In this document: in pieces, positions 1 to 13,488 of the stretch
How the letters are laid out: every line of letters starts with the position of its first letter
Position numbering within the stretch: the stretch's first letter is position 1
Assembly: GCA_050613775.1 (NCBI GenBank)
Contig: JBODTK010000103.1
Span: 372,001 to 436,000 of the forward strand
DNA length: 64,000 bases
DNA from: Neocallimastix sp. 'constans'
Taxonomy: Eukaryota
Direction: 5' to 3'
The notes under the pieces: generated by a model
What the model saw: only the letters and a program-made list of their open reading frames with translations
Told to the model about the DNA's origin: nothing
Databases searched by the model: none
Made by a program: the position numbers and the translations under genes

Positions 1-3
1 AAA

Positions 4-34
<31 letters not shown>

Positions 35-929
35 AGATTTTAAATAATAATGAAGTAATATAAAAAGTAAAAAAATTACTTTAATATAAAAATATTTTGA
101 TAAAACTAAATAAAATTTTTCTAAAATGAAACAAAAAATAAAAAACAAAAAAAATATTAAGTATAATATGTTTTTATATATTTTTGTAAAATAATAATAA
201 AAAAAAATTTTTTTTTTTATTAAATATTTTATTATATTAAATAATTACATATTAATAAACATATTCCCTTCTAAAAAATATATATATATTTTTTATATAT
301 ATATATATATAAAAATATATATATATATATATTTCAAAAAATTTATCTCAGAAAAGTTTAAAATTAATAAATTTTAATAATAAATAAATAATAAAAATGA
401 ATAATAAATAATAAATAATAAATAATAAATAATAGAATAATGAAATAATAATGAATAATAAATAAATAATAAATAAATAATAAATAAATAATAAATAAAT
501 TATAAATAAATTATAAATAATTAATAAATAATAAATAAATAAATAATAAATAAATACTAAAAAAATAAATAATTTATTAATAATTAATAATTATTTATTA
601 AAGCCTTATTTTACTAATATTTCTTGAAGTTTTTTAAACATATAATTACTTATAATTAAAAAAAAAAAAAGAAAAAAAAAGGTAAAATACTTTATTACTT
701 TACCTTAAAAATAAACTAATTTAAATAAAAAGTTTAAAATATTAAATTATTTTTTATTTAAAAATGACATTATTAATGATCATAAAAAATTAAATTAATT
801 ATCGAAAATAACCTTTTTTTTTTTTTATTTATTTACTTATATAATATATGTACATTTTACATAATGAAAAATTTATATTCCACTTTTAAAAAAAAAATAA
901 TAAATAATCATTATTGAGTAACTTTATTT

Positions 930-976
<47 letters not shown>

Positions 977-1176
977 GACTAATAGTATTAATTTTTTTTT
1001 TTTTAAATACATAAACTATTATAAATTATTTACTATATTCATATCTTTTTACTTATTAATAATAAAAATATTTTATTATATTTTGTATTTATTTTTTTAA
1101 TAATAATTTTTTTAATATTTTATTATTATTATTATTATTATTATTTTTTTTTTTTTTTTAATTTTTTTGATTTTTT

Positions 1177-1207
<31 letters not shown>

Positions 1208-1259
1208 TTTTAGATTTATGATTATTATCAAAAATCCTGATATTATAGTTATTATAATT

Positions 1260-1720
1260 AATAATTTTCAAATCAACAAAATTAGTTATCATTGAAATAA
1301 TTTCATTGCAATTTATACATTTACTAACGTAATATCATATATAATAATATATATAATAATATTATAAAACACATAAAAAATTTACAGTTTCACTATTTTT
1401 AATATGGTTTTTTCCTATTAGTAAATGTTTATGTATAGGAAAATAAGAATTTAATTTAAATGTCAATGTCAATTTTTTTTTTTTTTTTTTTCTAATTTTA
1501 AAATTTTAATTATATTTTTTTATATTAAAATTAATAATTTTCAAATCAACAAAATTAGTTATCATTAAAATAATTTCATTGCAATTTATACATTTACTAT
1601 CGTAATATCATATATAATAATATATATAATAATATAGGAAAATAAAAATTTAATTGAAATGTCAATGTCAAATTTTTTTTTTTTTTTTTTTAATTTTAAA
1701 GATTTTAATTATATTTTTTT
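1260..1720. repeat. Local tandem duplication with internal deletion in the second copy
   Basis: 1260-1362 (taattttcaaatcaacaaaattagttatcatt...) recurs at ~1533-1634. 1435-1520 (ataggaaaataa...tgtcaatgtcaa) recurs at ~1634-1720. The segment ~1363-1434 is absent from copy 2. Confidence 0.8.
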
Positions 1721-3918
1721 TTATCAATTTTATTAATTTTATTAATTTTATAATTTTAAAATTCTTATCATTTTTTTTATTAAAATTTTTCGTTATATAT
1801 AAATGTAACATACATATAAATGTAACTGGATTTAAAAATTGAGCTTCAAAACTTTAATAAATTATAAATAACTTTTATTGGTTGGAAAAAAATATTCAAA
1901 ATATAATATTTTCCATTTTAATTGATATAATTGATATAATAATAAATTATATAAATTATATTATAATAATTTTATTAATATTTAATTATTAATAAATATT
2001 ACATTTATATTAATTTTTAACATATTAATATTTAATATTGTATATATATTTAAAAAAATAATCATTAAAAAAAATTATTATTTTTTTTTAGTGATTAATT
2101 GAATAAATATTATTTTTTTTTTTAAATGAAAATTAATTTATAAAATAATAGATACATATATAACATAAAATATATAAATTTTATATTAATGATAATTTAA
2201 ATATCTATATATGACCTTTAGAATTATTAAAAAAAATTTTTTTTTGTTAGAATATCTATTTATTTTCCATACTATTCTTATTTATCTTAAAATAAATTAA
2301 AGAATTGATTTTTATATTTTTTGTATAGTTATCAATTAATTATGTAATTATTTAAAATGTTCAAAATAATTTATTAATGATAAAAGATGTATTACTACAA
2401 TATAAAATATTCTTTTTTTCATTTTTTTTTCAATATTATTTATTAATTAATAATTAAATTTTTAATTTTGTTAAACATATAATTTTAAAAAAATATAAAA
2501 TATATATTAAGGTTTTAAAAACATTAAATTATTAAAAGGAAGTAAAAAAGAAAAGAAAAAAAATTTTTTTAGAAATATAAATAACAAGAAAATTCTTTTT
2601 TTTTTTTTAGTTTTATTTTTTTTTTTTTTTTTTATATTTTATATATCTATATATATTTTATTTATTTATTTTATTTATTTATTTTATTTAAATTTATTCT
2701 AATAAACTTTATTTTTTTATTACCCTTTTTATTATTTTTTTATTTATTGTATTTTAATTTTTTTATTGATTTATATTTTAATTTCTATTTTATATTAAAT
2801 AATAACATATATATTTTAATAATTTTATATTATTTTATTCCATCACTACTTTATCATTTAAATTTCTACTTTGTATTTTATTTATTTATTTATTATTATT
2901 GTTGTATTTATTTTAATTTTTATTTTTATTTTTTTTTTAAAAAAGATAGTCACTATGACTTTAGTCTGAACCACTCGGGTTCGATTTACATATTATCCTT
3001 TATTCCTAGTTTAAAAAAAAAAATTATTGTTTTTTTGTTTTGAAATAAAATTAATTTTAATAATAAAATAAGAAAAAATTTTAAATATTAAATAAAAATA
3101 TAAGATAGTTAAAAAAAAATATTAAAAAAATATATATATATAATATTAAAAAATATATATATAATATATGAAGTATTTATTATTAGGTTGTTGTTATTTA
3201 TTCCTTCATAGTACTTTAAATTTATATATATATTAATATATCAAATCGAATATTTAAAATTTTATAATGTATAGGAAATTTCTAATTAGGGAAATATGAA
3301 GATATTGAAATAAGTAATTTTTTTTTACATGATAAGTAAATATGAATCTAATAAATATTAATATTAAAATGCATATATTTTCTTTTTTTTTTTTTTTTTT
3401 TTTTTATTTTGATTGTACATATTATCATTTATAATACATTTTTTAGGAAATATTTTATATATATATATATATATATATTACATTCTATCTTATTTTATAC
3501 TTTTTATTATTTGTATATAATCAATGTAAGCAGTGTTTTCATTGATAACTATTTTATTAAAATTTTAACAATTTTCGTATATATTTATAAAATAACTCTA
3601 TAAAGTTCCTTATTAATCTTTTTTTTATTTATAATTTTAATTTTTATCAAAATCTATAATAAAAAAATTTTTATTAGTTAATTTGTTTTAAATATATATT
3701 ATAAAAAAAAAAAAAAAAAAAATTTATTAACTGTCTTTCTTTATGATTAAGATATTATTTCAATAATAAAATGATTTAATGAACATAAAGTTAGGTTTAA
3801 AAAAAAAAAAAAGTTTTCATTGATAATATTATTAGATTTTTCTGTTTAATATATAGAATTAAATAATAATTTTTTTAAAAATATATATATATTTTATATA
3901 AATATATATGTAAAATTA

Positions 3919-3952
<34 letters not shown>

Positions 3953-4325
3953 TGTTGATGATTAATTTAGCAATTTAATAATTGATATTTATATATTATT
4001 AAATAAATAAATAAATAAAAAAAAAAAAAAAAAAAAAAAAACATTAAATATTATTAAAGTGTATATTCAAAATACTTGTACATTTTAATTATGTTAAAAG
4101 TTCAACACTATAAAATAAAATGTGTACACTATGAAATAACGGACACATTATATTTTATAGTGACTCCTTAACAGATTAAAATTAATAATTAGTCTCATCT
4201 CAATTACAGACTAATTATTAATTTTAATATTAAAACTTTTTAATAATTTAAATTATTTTAAAATATAATTAATGCTTCAAAGTTAATGTTTTCAAAGAAA
4301 AAAAAAAAAAAAGGCTTAAAAGAAA

Positions 4326-4450
<125 letters not shown>

Positions 4451-4795
4451 CATATTGAAAAGAGTTCGAATTCATCGATTCCAACTTGATAATAAAAACA
4501 ATGAATTGATCGCCTTCTTATGAAGATGATGAATCCAACGATAAAAAAAATTATCATTAATAAATATTATAGATATACAACAAAATCCGTTTTTGAAATT
4601 AAAAATTATAAATTAAATAAAGAAAATTAATTATTAAATTATTAAATAAATTATTTTAAAATCTTTCACTTTTATTATTTTTTTCTTTTATTAGATTTCT
4701 AGATAAGGAAAACTTTCAATAAAAATTTTCGATTTTTTTTTTTTTTTTATATTCTTAATCAATTTTTAAATTTTTAGAGAATCTATTGTTTTCTA

Positions 4796-4854
<59 letters not shown>

Positions 4855-5087
4855 ATATTTAATATTAGATTAAAAATTGATATGATACTTTATACTTTAT
4901 ATATTAAAAAAATAATATAAAAAATTATGAATTTAGTTCAATTTATTATTCCAAATAAATAATACAATCATACCAGATAAAAAAAAAATTTTTTTTTTTT
5001 TTGAATATTTACTTATTTATTTATTGATTTTTTTCTTTATAATTTTTAATTTTTTTTAAAATTTATATTAAATGATTACAAAAAAAA

Positions 5088-5125
<38 letters not shown>

Positions 5126-5362
5126 CTTAGGGAATATTATTATTTTAAGTATACTGATTTTTTTTTTATTTTTTTTTTATTTTTTTTTTTTTTTTTATAC
5201 ATATATTTAATAATTAATTTTATAATTAATAAATTAATGATATATTAATTATAATTATTATTATGGAATACGAATTATATCCTATTATATTGTAATATAG
5301 GAATTAATGATAAATTTATATAATTTTTAAAAATAAATATTGTGTTTCACCTTTTTTGAAAT

Positions 5363-5838
5363 TTATTTTTGTTCAGATGATGTGGCATTTGCATTAGCGT
5401 TTGCTAGACGTTGACGTTTAGCTTCTCTTCTTTTTTTAGTTTTTTCTTGAGATGCTGCAATAGCTGGTTCTAATTTACCTTTTTTAGCTAATATATTTAA
5501 AAGTTCAATAATAAATGGGAACCAATTATGACGTCTTCTTGCATTTTCAATAGCATAACGATTTAATTTAGCTTCATGAGCATGAATTTTATCTAATATA
5601 TCTTGCTTATCCATTTTAGCAGCTTCTAATTGAGCAATATTTGAACCTTCTTTTTCTAAATTTTGTATTTTTTGAGAAATTTCTTTCATTTCATTTTGAT
5701 ATTCTTCTAATGGATCTTTAGTGACTGCCATTAAGTTAAATCTAATTTCAGAAGTTTGATATTGAGCAATTCTTTTTTCAATAACTGGCTTAACTTTGCT
5801 TAACCAATTTTCTTCTATAAAATATTTAATATTAATAT

Positions 5839-5869
<31 letters not shown>

Positions 5870-6509
5870 AGTTAGTAGTTGTTACAATACCATCAATAAA
5901 AATATTTATTATTAATAATTGTTTTGGAATAAATATACTTTAAAATTGTGAATTTTGAAATTGAAAATATAATATTATTAAAGGTTATATACATATATTG
6001 TATGAAACATACCAGTACATTCACCATGGTTAACTGGTCCATCCTTTAATCCATCTATTTCCATTAAGGAACCATTTACTGGGACGTAACTAATAAAATG
6101 AAAAACCTTTTTTTAGTTTTTTTTATTTTTTTTTTTTTTTTTTTTTTATAATTAATATATGATGTTAATTAATTATTCAATTAATTATATATTTTATTGA
6201 CATTGCATATCTATCTAATATCTATCTACATAAATATAATGTTAATATGTTAATATATAGTAATATATATACTGATATTTACGTCATCCTTACTAGTTGC
6301 CATTCTTTCATCAGATTCGAATGGTTCTTGAGTTTTGAAGGAATTATGAACTTTTCTAATATGTTCATTTTCACCAATAGCAATTCCTTTCATTGTAGGA
6401 TCTAAATCTTTTGTATTTTCTTTGAACTTTTCTAATTCTTCACCAAGTTTAATTTCTTTTTGATTTAATAAAATACCAAGAATAGCTTGTGTAGCACATG
6501 CATTTTGAA

Positions 6510-6541
<32 letters not shown>

Positions 6542-7114
6542 GATATTTAATTTTTTAAAATTTAATAGAAATTATATTAAATTGAAATTTATATAAATAA
6601 TTTAAAAATCTTTATACATTTAAATTTAATAAGATTAATCATATTAATTATTAATTACTTTGTTTAGCAAAGAACATATTATTAATTGCATCCATATCTA
6701 CTGCGGCATCATTTTTTTCCCAGTTGAATAAGAAAATTAAACCATAGACAGGTCTTTATTTATAAATTAATTTGAATGGATGATACATTATATTTTAAAA
6801 TAATTAAATGATAGAATGAAAATATTATTTTTTAACTATTATTATATATATATTTTCATAAAATTCATTTTAATATATTATTATTGAATTTATTTTATTA
6901 TGACATTTCTAATTCATACTTTAAATTTTCAAGAGCTTCCTCTGATAAATCATAGATTTCTTCAACTGTATTTTAACATAATTTATTTAAAATTTATTTT
7001 ATGAAAAAAATTAGATCATTAATTATTTATTAGTATTTAATTAAATTAACGAAATTCCATTTAGGATTTACATTAAAATTTATATTATAATATATATTTA
7101 TTATTTATAAATAC

Positions 7115-7156
<42 letters not shown>

Positions 7157-7364
7157 ATATTATTAAAGTGTATAAAGAAAATTATATTTATTAAAAAACA
7201 CTTATTAAAATAATAATTTTTAATTTATTAATTATATATTTTATTATATTATTTATATATATATATAATTGAGTTTTACCTAAGATTCCCTCAACACCCA
7301 TTTCCTTAATTAATTGGGTGAAAACTCCTGGATCACTTTCAATTGTTGTCCATGAATTACTCAT
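5363..7364 (-). CDS. UCH37: Ubiquitin carboxyl-terminal hydrolase, UCH37/UCHL5 type (peptidase C12), ~333 aa, 6 exons
   Basis: Manually spliced exons 7364-7280, 6965-6920, 6753-6659, 6512-6283, 6106-6013, 5814-5363 have GT-AG introns and consistent phases (1002 nt). Translation: [19 protein letters not shown]...VEEIYDL...PVYGLIFLF...[16 protein letters not shown] (catalytic Cys)...[10 protein letters not shown] (His)...EIDGLKDGP (Asp)...EIRFNLMAV...[17 protein letters not shown] (UCH37-like C-terminal ULD). Confidence 0.93.
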
Positions 7365-8618
7365 TTTATATTATATTCTAATTATTCTAAATTATGTTCT
7401 ACTACAAATTACAAATAAAAATTTTTTATTAATATATTTTATATGTATTTAATTTTTTAAAAATTTTATAAAGATTTATAATAATATTTTAATTATAAAC
7501 ATAAAAATTATTTAATTTACACCAATCATGGTTTTATTAGAAATTTACTTTTTTAAATATTAAAATTTAAAAGAATTAAACACGATAGAAGTAACGAACA
7601 AATAAAGTATATATATATAATTTCGTTTTTAATATACTAAATATATAATTTGACTATTTTAATTTTAATTTTTATTTTTGTATTTCAAGGTATATAAGTA
7701 GTAGTACAAAAAATTAGAGAGTATTTTCATAATTAAACATTTTCTGATCAAAGACTATAAAAAAGCCATAGATTATATAATTTATTTCATTTTTTAATTT
7801 AATTATAAATTTATAAAATTTTATATTATGACAAGGATCAAGGATAAGAGGCTATTTAACATTATAATAAAATAAATTATTAACTAAATATAGAAATAAT
7901 GAAATAGGTTTTATCATGTAAATAATACATATTAGTTTGTTTAATAAACAAAAAGGAATGTTAATAAAATTAATATAAAACTTAATAAATTTTAAATTAT
8001 AAAGTAATTATAACAATTTTTTTTTTAATATATTAAATATAGATATATAGAAAAATTGTATATTTAATGAGGTAGATAATCAATATAAAAAATTAATAAT
8101 AAAATTATTGTTATAAATAAATTTTTATAACAATATCAAACTTTATAAATAAAATATAGAAATATTTTAATAATAATCAAATGAAAGAAAATATGAAATA
8201 TCTTTAAAATAATTAAATGAAAAATAGAAGAGATTTTAATAAATTTATATTAAAAAAAAAAAAAAATATTATATATTAAGAAAATAATATATTAAAAATT
8301 GAAATATATTGAAATGTAATGTAAAAGATTAACTAATATAAAAATATTTATGAATTAATTATCTTGTTATTTATTAATACTTTTTATATTTATTTCTCTA
8401 TTTTTATTTTTAATTATTGTTTAAATCTTTAAATATTATCTCTCTTTTTTTTTTTTTTTTTTTTTTATTGTACTGCACTTTATCCAAATAATTATATGGA
8501 TTTATTTATTTTTTTTTTTTTTTTAAATTATATTAAATTAAGTTGAATGAAAAAAGCTTGTAAATTGTAAAATAATTATGTAGAGAAGAAATAAATCTAT
8601 AATAAAAAATAAATAAAT

Positions 8619-9409
8619 GTACTATTAGAATATTTTTTAAAAAGGCTACGGCCATTAATATAGGTAAATAAAGTTTATAAAAACAAGAAAATTTTTGTAA
8701 ATTTATTTATTGTGTATTACTGTGTTAAATGTAGTACGAATTGAACTTTAATAGCAGGGCTTATTTCTAAAAGATTAAGAGTCTCAAATGACTCATCACT
8801 TAATACTGGTAAAAATGGTCGTCACTACTTTTCGGGAAATAACTACTGTGACTGAAAGGATTTTGTTTTTAAGGAATAACTAATCTGACTATGAAAAAGG
8901 CATGGAAGAATTGGTTTGTCTCGCATAGAAATTATTGTATTATGAATTTTATTTATCCAGTCCTAACTTATTATAACATCCAAATTTGTTCAGTTTAAAC
9001 TTTAGTTTGCTAGAAAAAGTCCCAATAAAACATGTTAATCGCCTATTCGTGCACCATAGATACTAAAATAAATAAAATCCATAATACAATAATTTCTATG
9101 CGAGACAAACCGATTCTTCCATGCCTTTTTCATAATCAGATTAGTTTTTCCTTAAAAACAAAACTTTTCAGTCACAGTAGTTATTTCCCGAAAAGTAGTG
9201 ACAACCACTTTTACCAGTATTAAGTGATGAGAAATTTTAGACTCTTTTAATCTTTTAGAAATAAGCCCTGCTTATTAAAGCTCAATTCATACAACACTTA
9301 ATACACAGTAATTCACAATAAATAAATTTACAAAAATTTTCTTGTTTTTATAAACTTTATTTACCTATATTAATGGCCGTAGCCTTTTTAAAAAATATTT
9401 CAATAGTAC
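8619..9409. repeat. Long inverted repeat / foldback element (arms ~8619-8956 and ~9068-9409, ~111-bp spacer)
   Basis: The arms are reverse complements with scattered mismatches, e.g. aaggctacggccattaatataggtaaataaag vs ctttatttacctatattaatggccgtagcctt, and ttttcgggaaataactactgtgactgaaa vs tttcagtcacagtagttatttcccgaaaa. The structure is bracketed by ~87-bp direct repeats at 8529-8615 and 9514-9600. Confidence 0.92.
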
Positions 9410-9701
9410 TTTTATATCAAATTTAAAATAATTTACTACAAAAATTTTTATGATTCAAAACATTATAAAATAATTGGTTAAAATAATAGTTTTATTTTGT
9501 TAAAAATCTAACATATATTAAATTAAGTTGAATGAAAAAAGCTAGTAAATTGTAAAATAATTATGTAGAAAAGAAATAAATCTATAATGAAAAATAAATA
9601 TATAAATATATAAATATAAAAATATAAATAAAATATAATTATAGAAATTTATATATATCAAAAAAAAAAATATTATTATCATTATTTATTATTACTATTA
9701 T

Positions 9702-9739
<38 letters not shown>

Positions 9740-10449
9740 TACTGACAAAAAATAAAGACATATTTATATATTGTAAAATTTTCAAAATATTGGCAGTAAT
9801 TTTTTTTTTTTTTCCTATGATATATACATGTATTTTGTTTATTCCCCGTTAATAAAAATGTCAACATTTGTTAAGAAAAAATTATATTTTTATGTTCAAA
9901 ATATTGTGATAAATTCAATATAATTTTTCCAAAAAAGAAATATAGGATATATATTAATAAAATTTAATTATTAAAATGTGATAAAGGATTCTCTATAATG
10001 AAATCATAATCAATGAATGATTCCATCAAAATGCCTTTTCATGCATTATCAACGGATAATAATACAATCAATTCATTTTCAAAATAATTATTATTTTAGT
10101 TAAAAACTTAAAACATTTATTAACTAATTAATATAATATCTGTATTTTCAATTCATATTATATATATATATATATATATTTATATTAATAAGTACTAATA
10201 AGTATTAATTAGTGAAAAATAAAATAAAATGCAACATAATTAGTAACCTTGATAAATTTAAAATATAGTATAAATTATTTATAAATTTATATATATATAT
10301 ATATATATATAAATTTTATAAAAGATCTTTAAAGATGAATAAGTTGAACAATAGTATTATTATTAATATTTTTGTATTATATTGAAAAAAAAAAATTAAA
10401 ATAATTTATATAAAAATAAAGATAAATATAAGTTTTCAATAAATTTATA

Positions 10450-12330
10450 GCACTTACCTCTGATACCAAAGTGATGAATTTTCATTAATATATTTATATA
10501 TAGGAATTGAATCATTGCACTTTTTTTTTTTAAGGACTAAAAAAAAAAAAAAAAACAAGGTAATTCTTAATGAAGTGTAAAGACTTATACACTCTTCTCG
10601 GTTATGAAATCCAAATTGTTCTGGTACAATAAATCCTTTTATCAATTCCATAATTAGTGATTCTATTAGCGATGATTTTTTTTTTTCCAAATTTTTTAAT
10701 CCATTATTGATAAGAGAGATACAGGGAGAGCTATTACAATCTACTGGATCACCCTTTTTTTTTATAAATAGAAACTTTCGATGAGTTATTCCATAATTTT
10801 TGGAAAATCATCGTTCCAAATACGATTGAATGATTAACGTTTTTGAAATTTTTTTTTTTTTTTTATAGACAGGGAAAAGAATACACTTCCATAACTTTAT
10901 TAATTTTATTATAAAAAAAAAAAAATACATGTAGGTTAGGTGAAAAGTACATTTGAAATTAAAAATAAAAATAAAAATAAATATTAAAAAATAAAAAAAA
11001 AATAAAAAAAGTTCAGAAATACTATGTATTTCGGCAAGTTGTACTATGTGGGAATTTTTAATAATATAACCTAGAAGTAACATCTTTAAAATAGATTAAG
11101 TGTGGTGTCTACTAAACTCTCTCCGGATTCATCATTTATTGAACTACTAAGGCGAGATTTCACTCTTCGTGAAAATAGATGATGATCCTGTATTATCATT
11201 ATTCCATATCAGTAAAACATCGACGCTCTTGGTTAAGTTTGATAATTTTGGAATACCTATCAAATAATAGCTCAAACGAACTAACTTATGATAGGTATTG
11301 CGCTAGTTAAGAATTCCGTCAAGCCCACAATTTTTTTTTGGAACAGGTGACTCAGATGAACCTTTGAAAAGAAGAAGTTCATTTAATTGTCTCTGTTCCC
11401 CACTATCGAAATGTAGCTTATTTTAAAGCTAAAGTTCCACCAAGAAAGAACAAGTATATATAATGATTGCTTAATATAATCTTCAAAATCAGAAATAGAG
11501 TCATATAGGGAAGAAAGAGGATTACACGTTTTAATCTTCCTAATGAATAAAACATAGAGAGATCATCGATGAAATTTAAAGAATTCCATCTAAAAGATGC
11601 AAGAGCCTCTCATTTAAAAATCCAATGCTCAAAAGATTGATAGATTGATTACCTTTGCCACAACAGGGGTAAAGCTTTTGAGATATTTAAATCCAGATAA
11701 AATATTACTCTTCATTTTCACTAAATTCTACTGAATCATCTTTACCAAGGAATCAAAGCTTTGAAGAATTCCATTGTAATCTCATCAGGAACTTTAAAAT
11801 TAGTGGTAGATGAGATTGCCTAGCTAATTTCTTCATCATTTATATCTTGGTTAATTTTCCCCATTCTTTTTTTCCTTGGATTTCCCAAATTCTAAAGTGC
11901 CTTCAGAATTCTTTTCAGAAATCTTTAGAAAGACGATAACTCTGAAGAAATCCCACCCTAAGAATTTATATTGAGTATGACATGCTTTTATATTTTTATC
12001 TGTAAAATAATACAATTGAAAAATACATATACTAAAGTAAAAAAAAAAAAAATACAATAGATTCATATAATGATAATATGTAGAAACTACATGATATTAT
12101 TAATTATACAACTCTAATGTTACAATATATCTAGTTTTAAAACAATATAAAACATCAGGTTTACTTTCTGTAGTTTTCCAGTATTTCATAATTTCTTCCT
12201 TTCGTACTAGAAGCCACTTAAGAAAGGATAACCATCAATTTTCATTAGAATTACAGAAAACTATAATGTAGGCTAGTCCTTTTCCATCAATACTCTATGG
12301 ACCTGAAACAATAGTCCATATCATTGGGGT
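10450..12330 (-). mobile_element. Decayed non-LTR (LINE-like) retrotransposon relics: an RT region interrupted by a 3' fragment of a related copy
   Basis: Minus-strand frame remnants: AISSTTNFKVPDEITMEFFKALIP (~11750-11820, KAPGPDG-like), FNRIWNDDFPK.WN, VSIYKK.GDPVDCN...ISLINNGLK (~10695-10830), and IVPEQFGFHNREECISLY (~10580-10630). 11410-11670 matches the reverse complement of 63600-63864. Many stops and frameshifts; outer boundaries approximate. Confidence 0.8.
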
Positions 12331-13488
12331 CTTTTACTTCAATTTGTATTATCATTTATTTATGCAATATAAAAGATATGTATATTTTGTTATTGTGAAT
12401 AAACTTTTTTTTTTTTTTTTTTTAAATCATATAAATCTAAAAATCTATCTTAACTCGTTGACTTCATCATAATCATAAATAATATCATATATATAAATAT
12501 ATTTTATTTGGTTTTTCAGAACTTTTGCAATCCGAATGAATAAATAATTTGAATATTGATAATAATATAAATAAAAAATATATAAAAACAAATTAAATAA
12601 GAGTTATATTTTAATACAATAATGAAAATATATTAATATTTATATAATAATAAATGAAAATATAAATATAAAAAAATAGTAATAATAAAAAAAATTTTGT
12701 TTATACACAGTCGTTTAATTCTTAATATGATGAATATTGAATTTTTAAATTATTTTTACCAAAAAAAAATAAAATATATAATATATAATAATAAAAAAAA
12801 AAAAAAAAAAAAAACAGAAATAATATTAATAAATATATTATAACATTTATTATTATTATTTATTTAAATATATATTATTATTTTTGATTCAAATATTTAT
12901 TTTATCTATTCCTTTTTTTTTTTTTTTTTTTTTTTAATAAATACTTATAATAATTCTAAAAGAAAAATTAATAAATATTAATATAGTAATTATTGACATA
13001 ATTTATATTTTTATGAAGAACAATTGTTTAAATATAAATTTTATAAACAGTTTTACAGATATATTTATCATATTTATTATACGTTTAAATATTTTATTTT
13101 TTAATATTGTATTATTTTTTAATATTATTATTTTTATTTATTTTTTTTTATTTATTATTTTAATTTTAAATTATTTTTATTTATAAATTATTTTTTATTT
13201 TAAATTTTTTTATTATGTCTTTTTTTTTTTTTTTTTTTTTTTTATTTTTTTTTCTCTCTTATCTTTTCTGTAATTTTCTATATATTTCTTGTTAATATAA
13301 TTTATATATTAACATTTTTTTTTATTTTTTTTTTTTATTCAATAAAATTTTAAATATATATTTTTAAACTTCAAATATTTCATTTTTAACTTTTTTTTTT
13401 TTCTATTATATTGATAGTTATATATATATATTTAAGTATGTTATATTTATTTAATAAAAAAAATTTTTTTTAAAAAAAAATATTAAAT

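Noticed and set aside
2945..2995. GGGTTCGAT resembling a tRNA T-loop/B-box
   Set aside because: No acceptor stem, D-arm or paired T-stem could be built; at most a decayed fragment.
1654..3603. Short F/I/Y/K-rich ORFs here and throughout the intergenic DNA
   Set aside because: Compositional artefacts of very AT-rich low-complexity sequence.
9032..9223. 63-aa ORF within the foldback
   Set aside because: No recognisable motif, and the mirror arm is not open in the equivalent frame.
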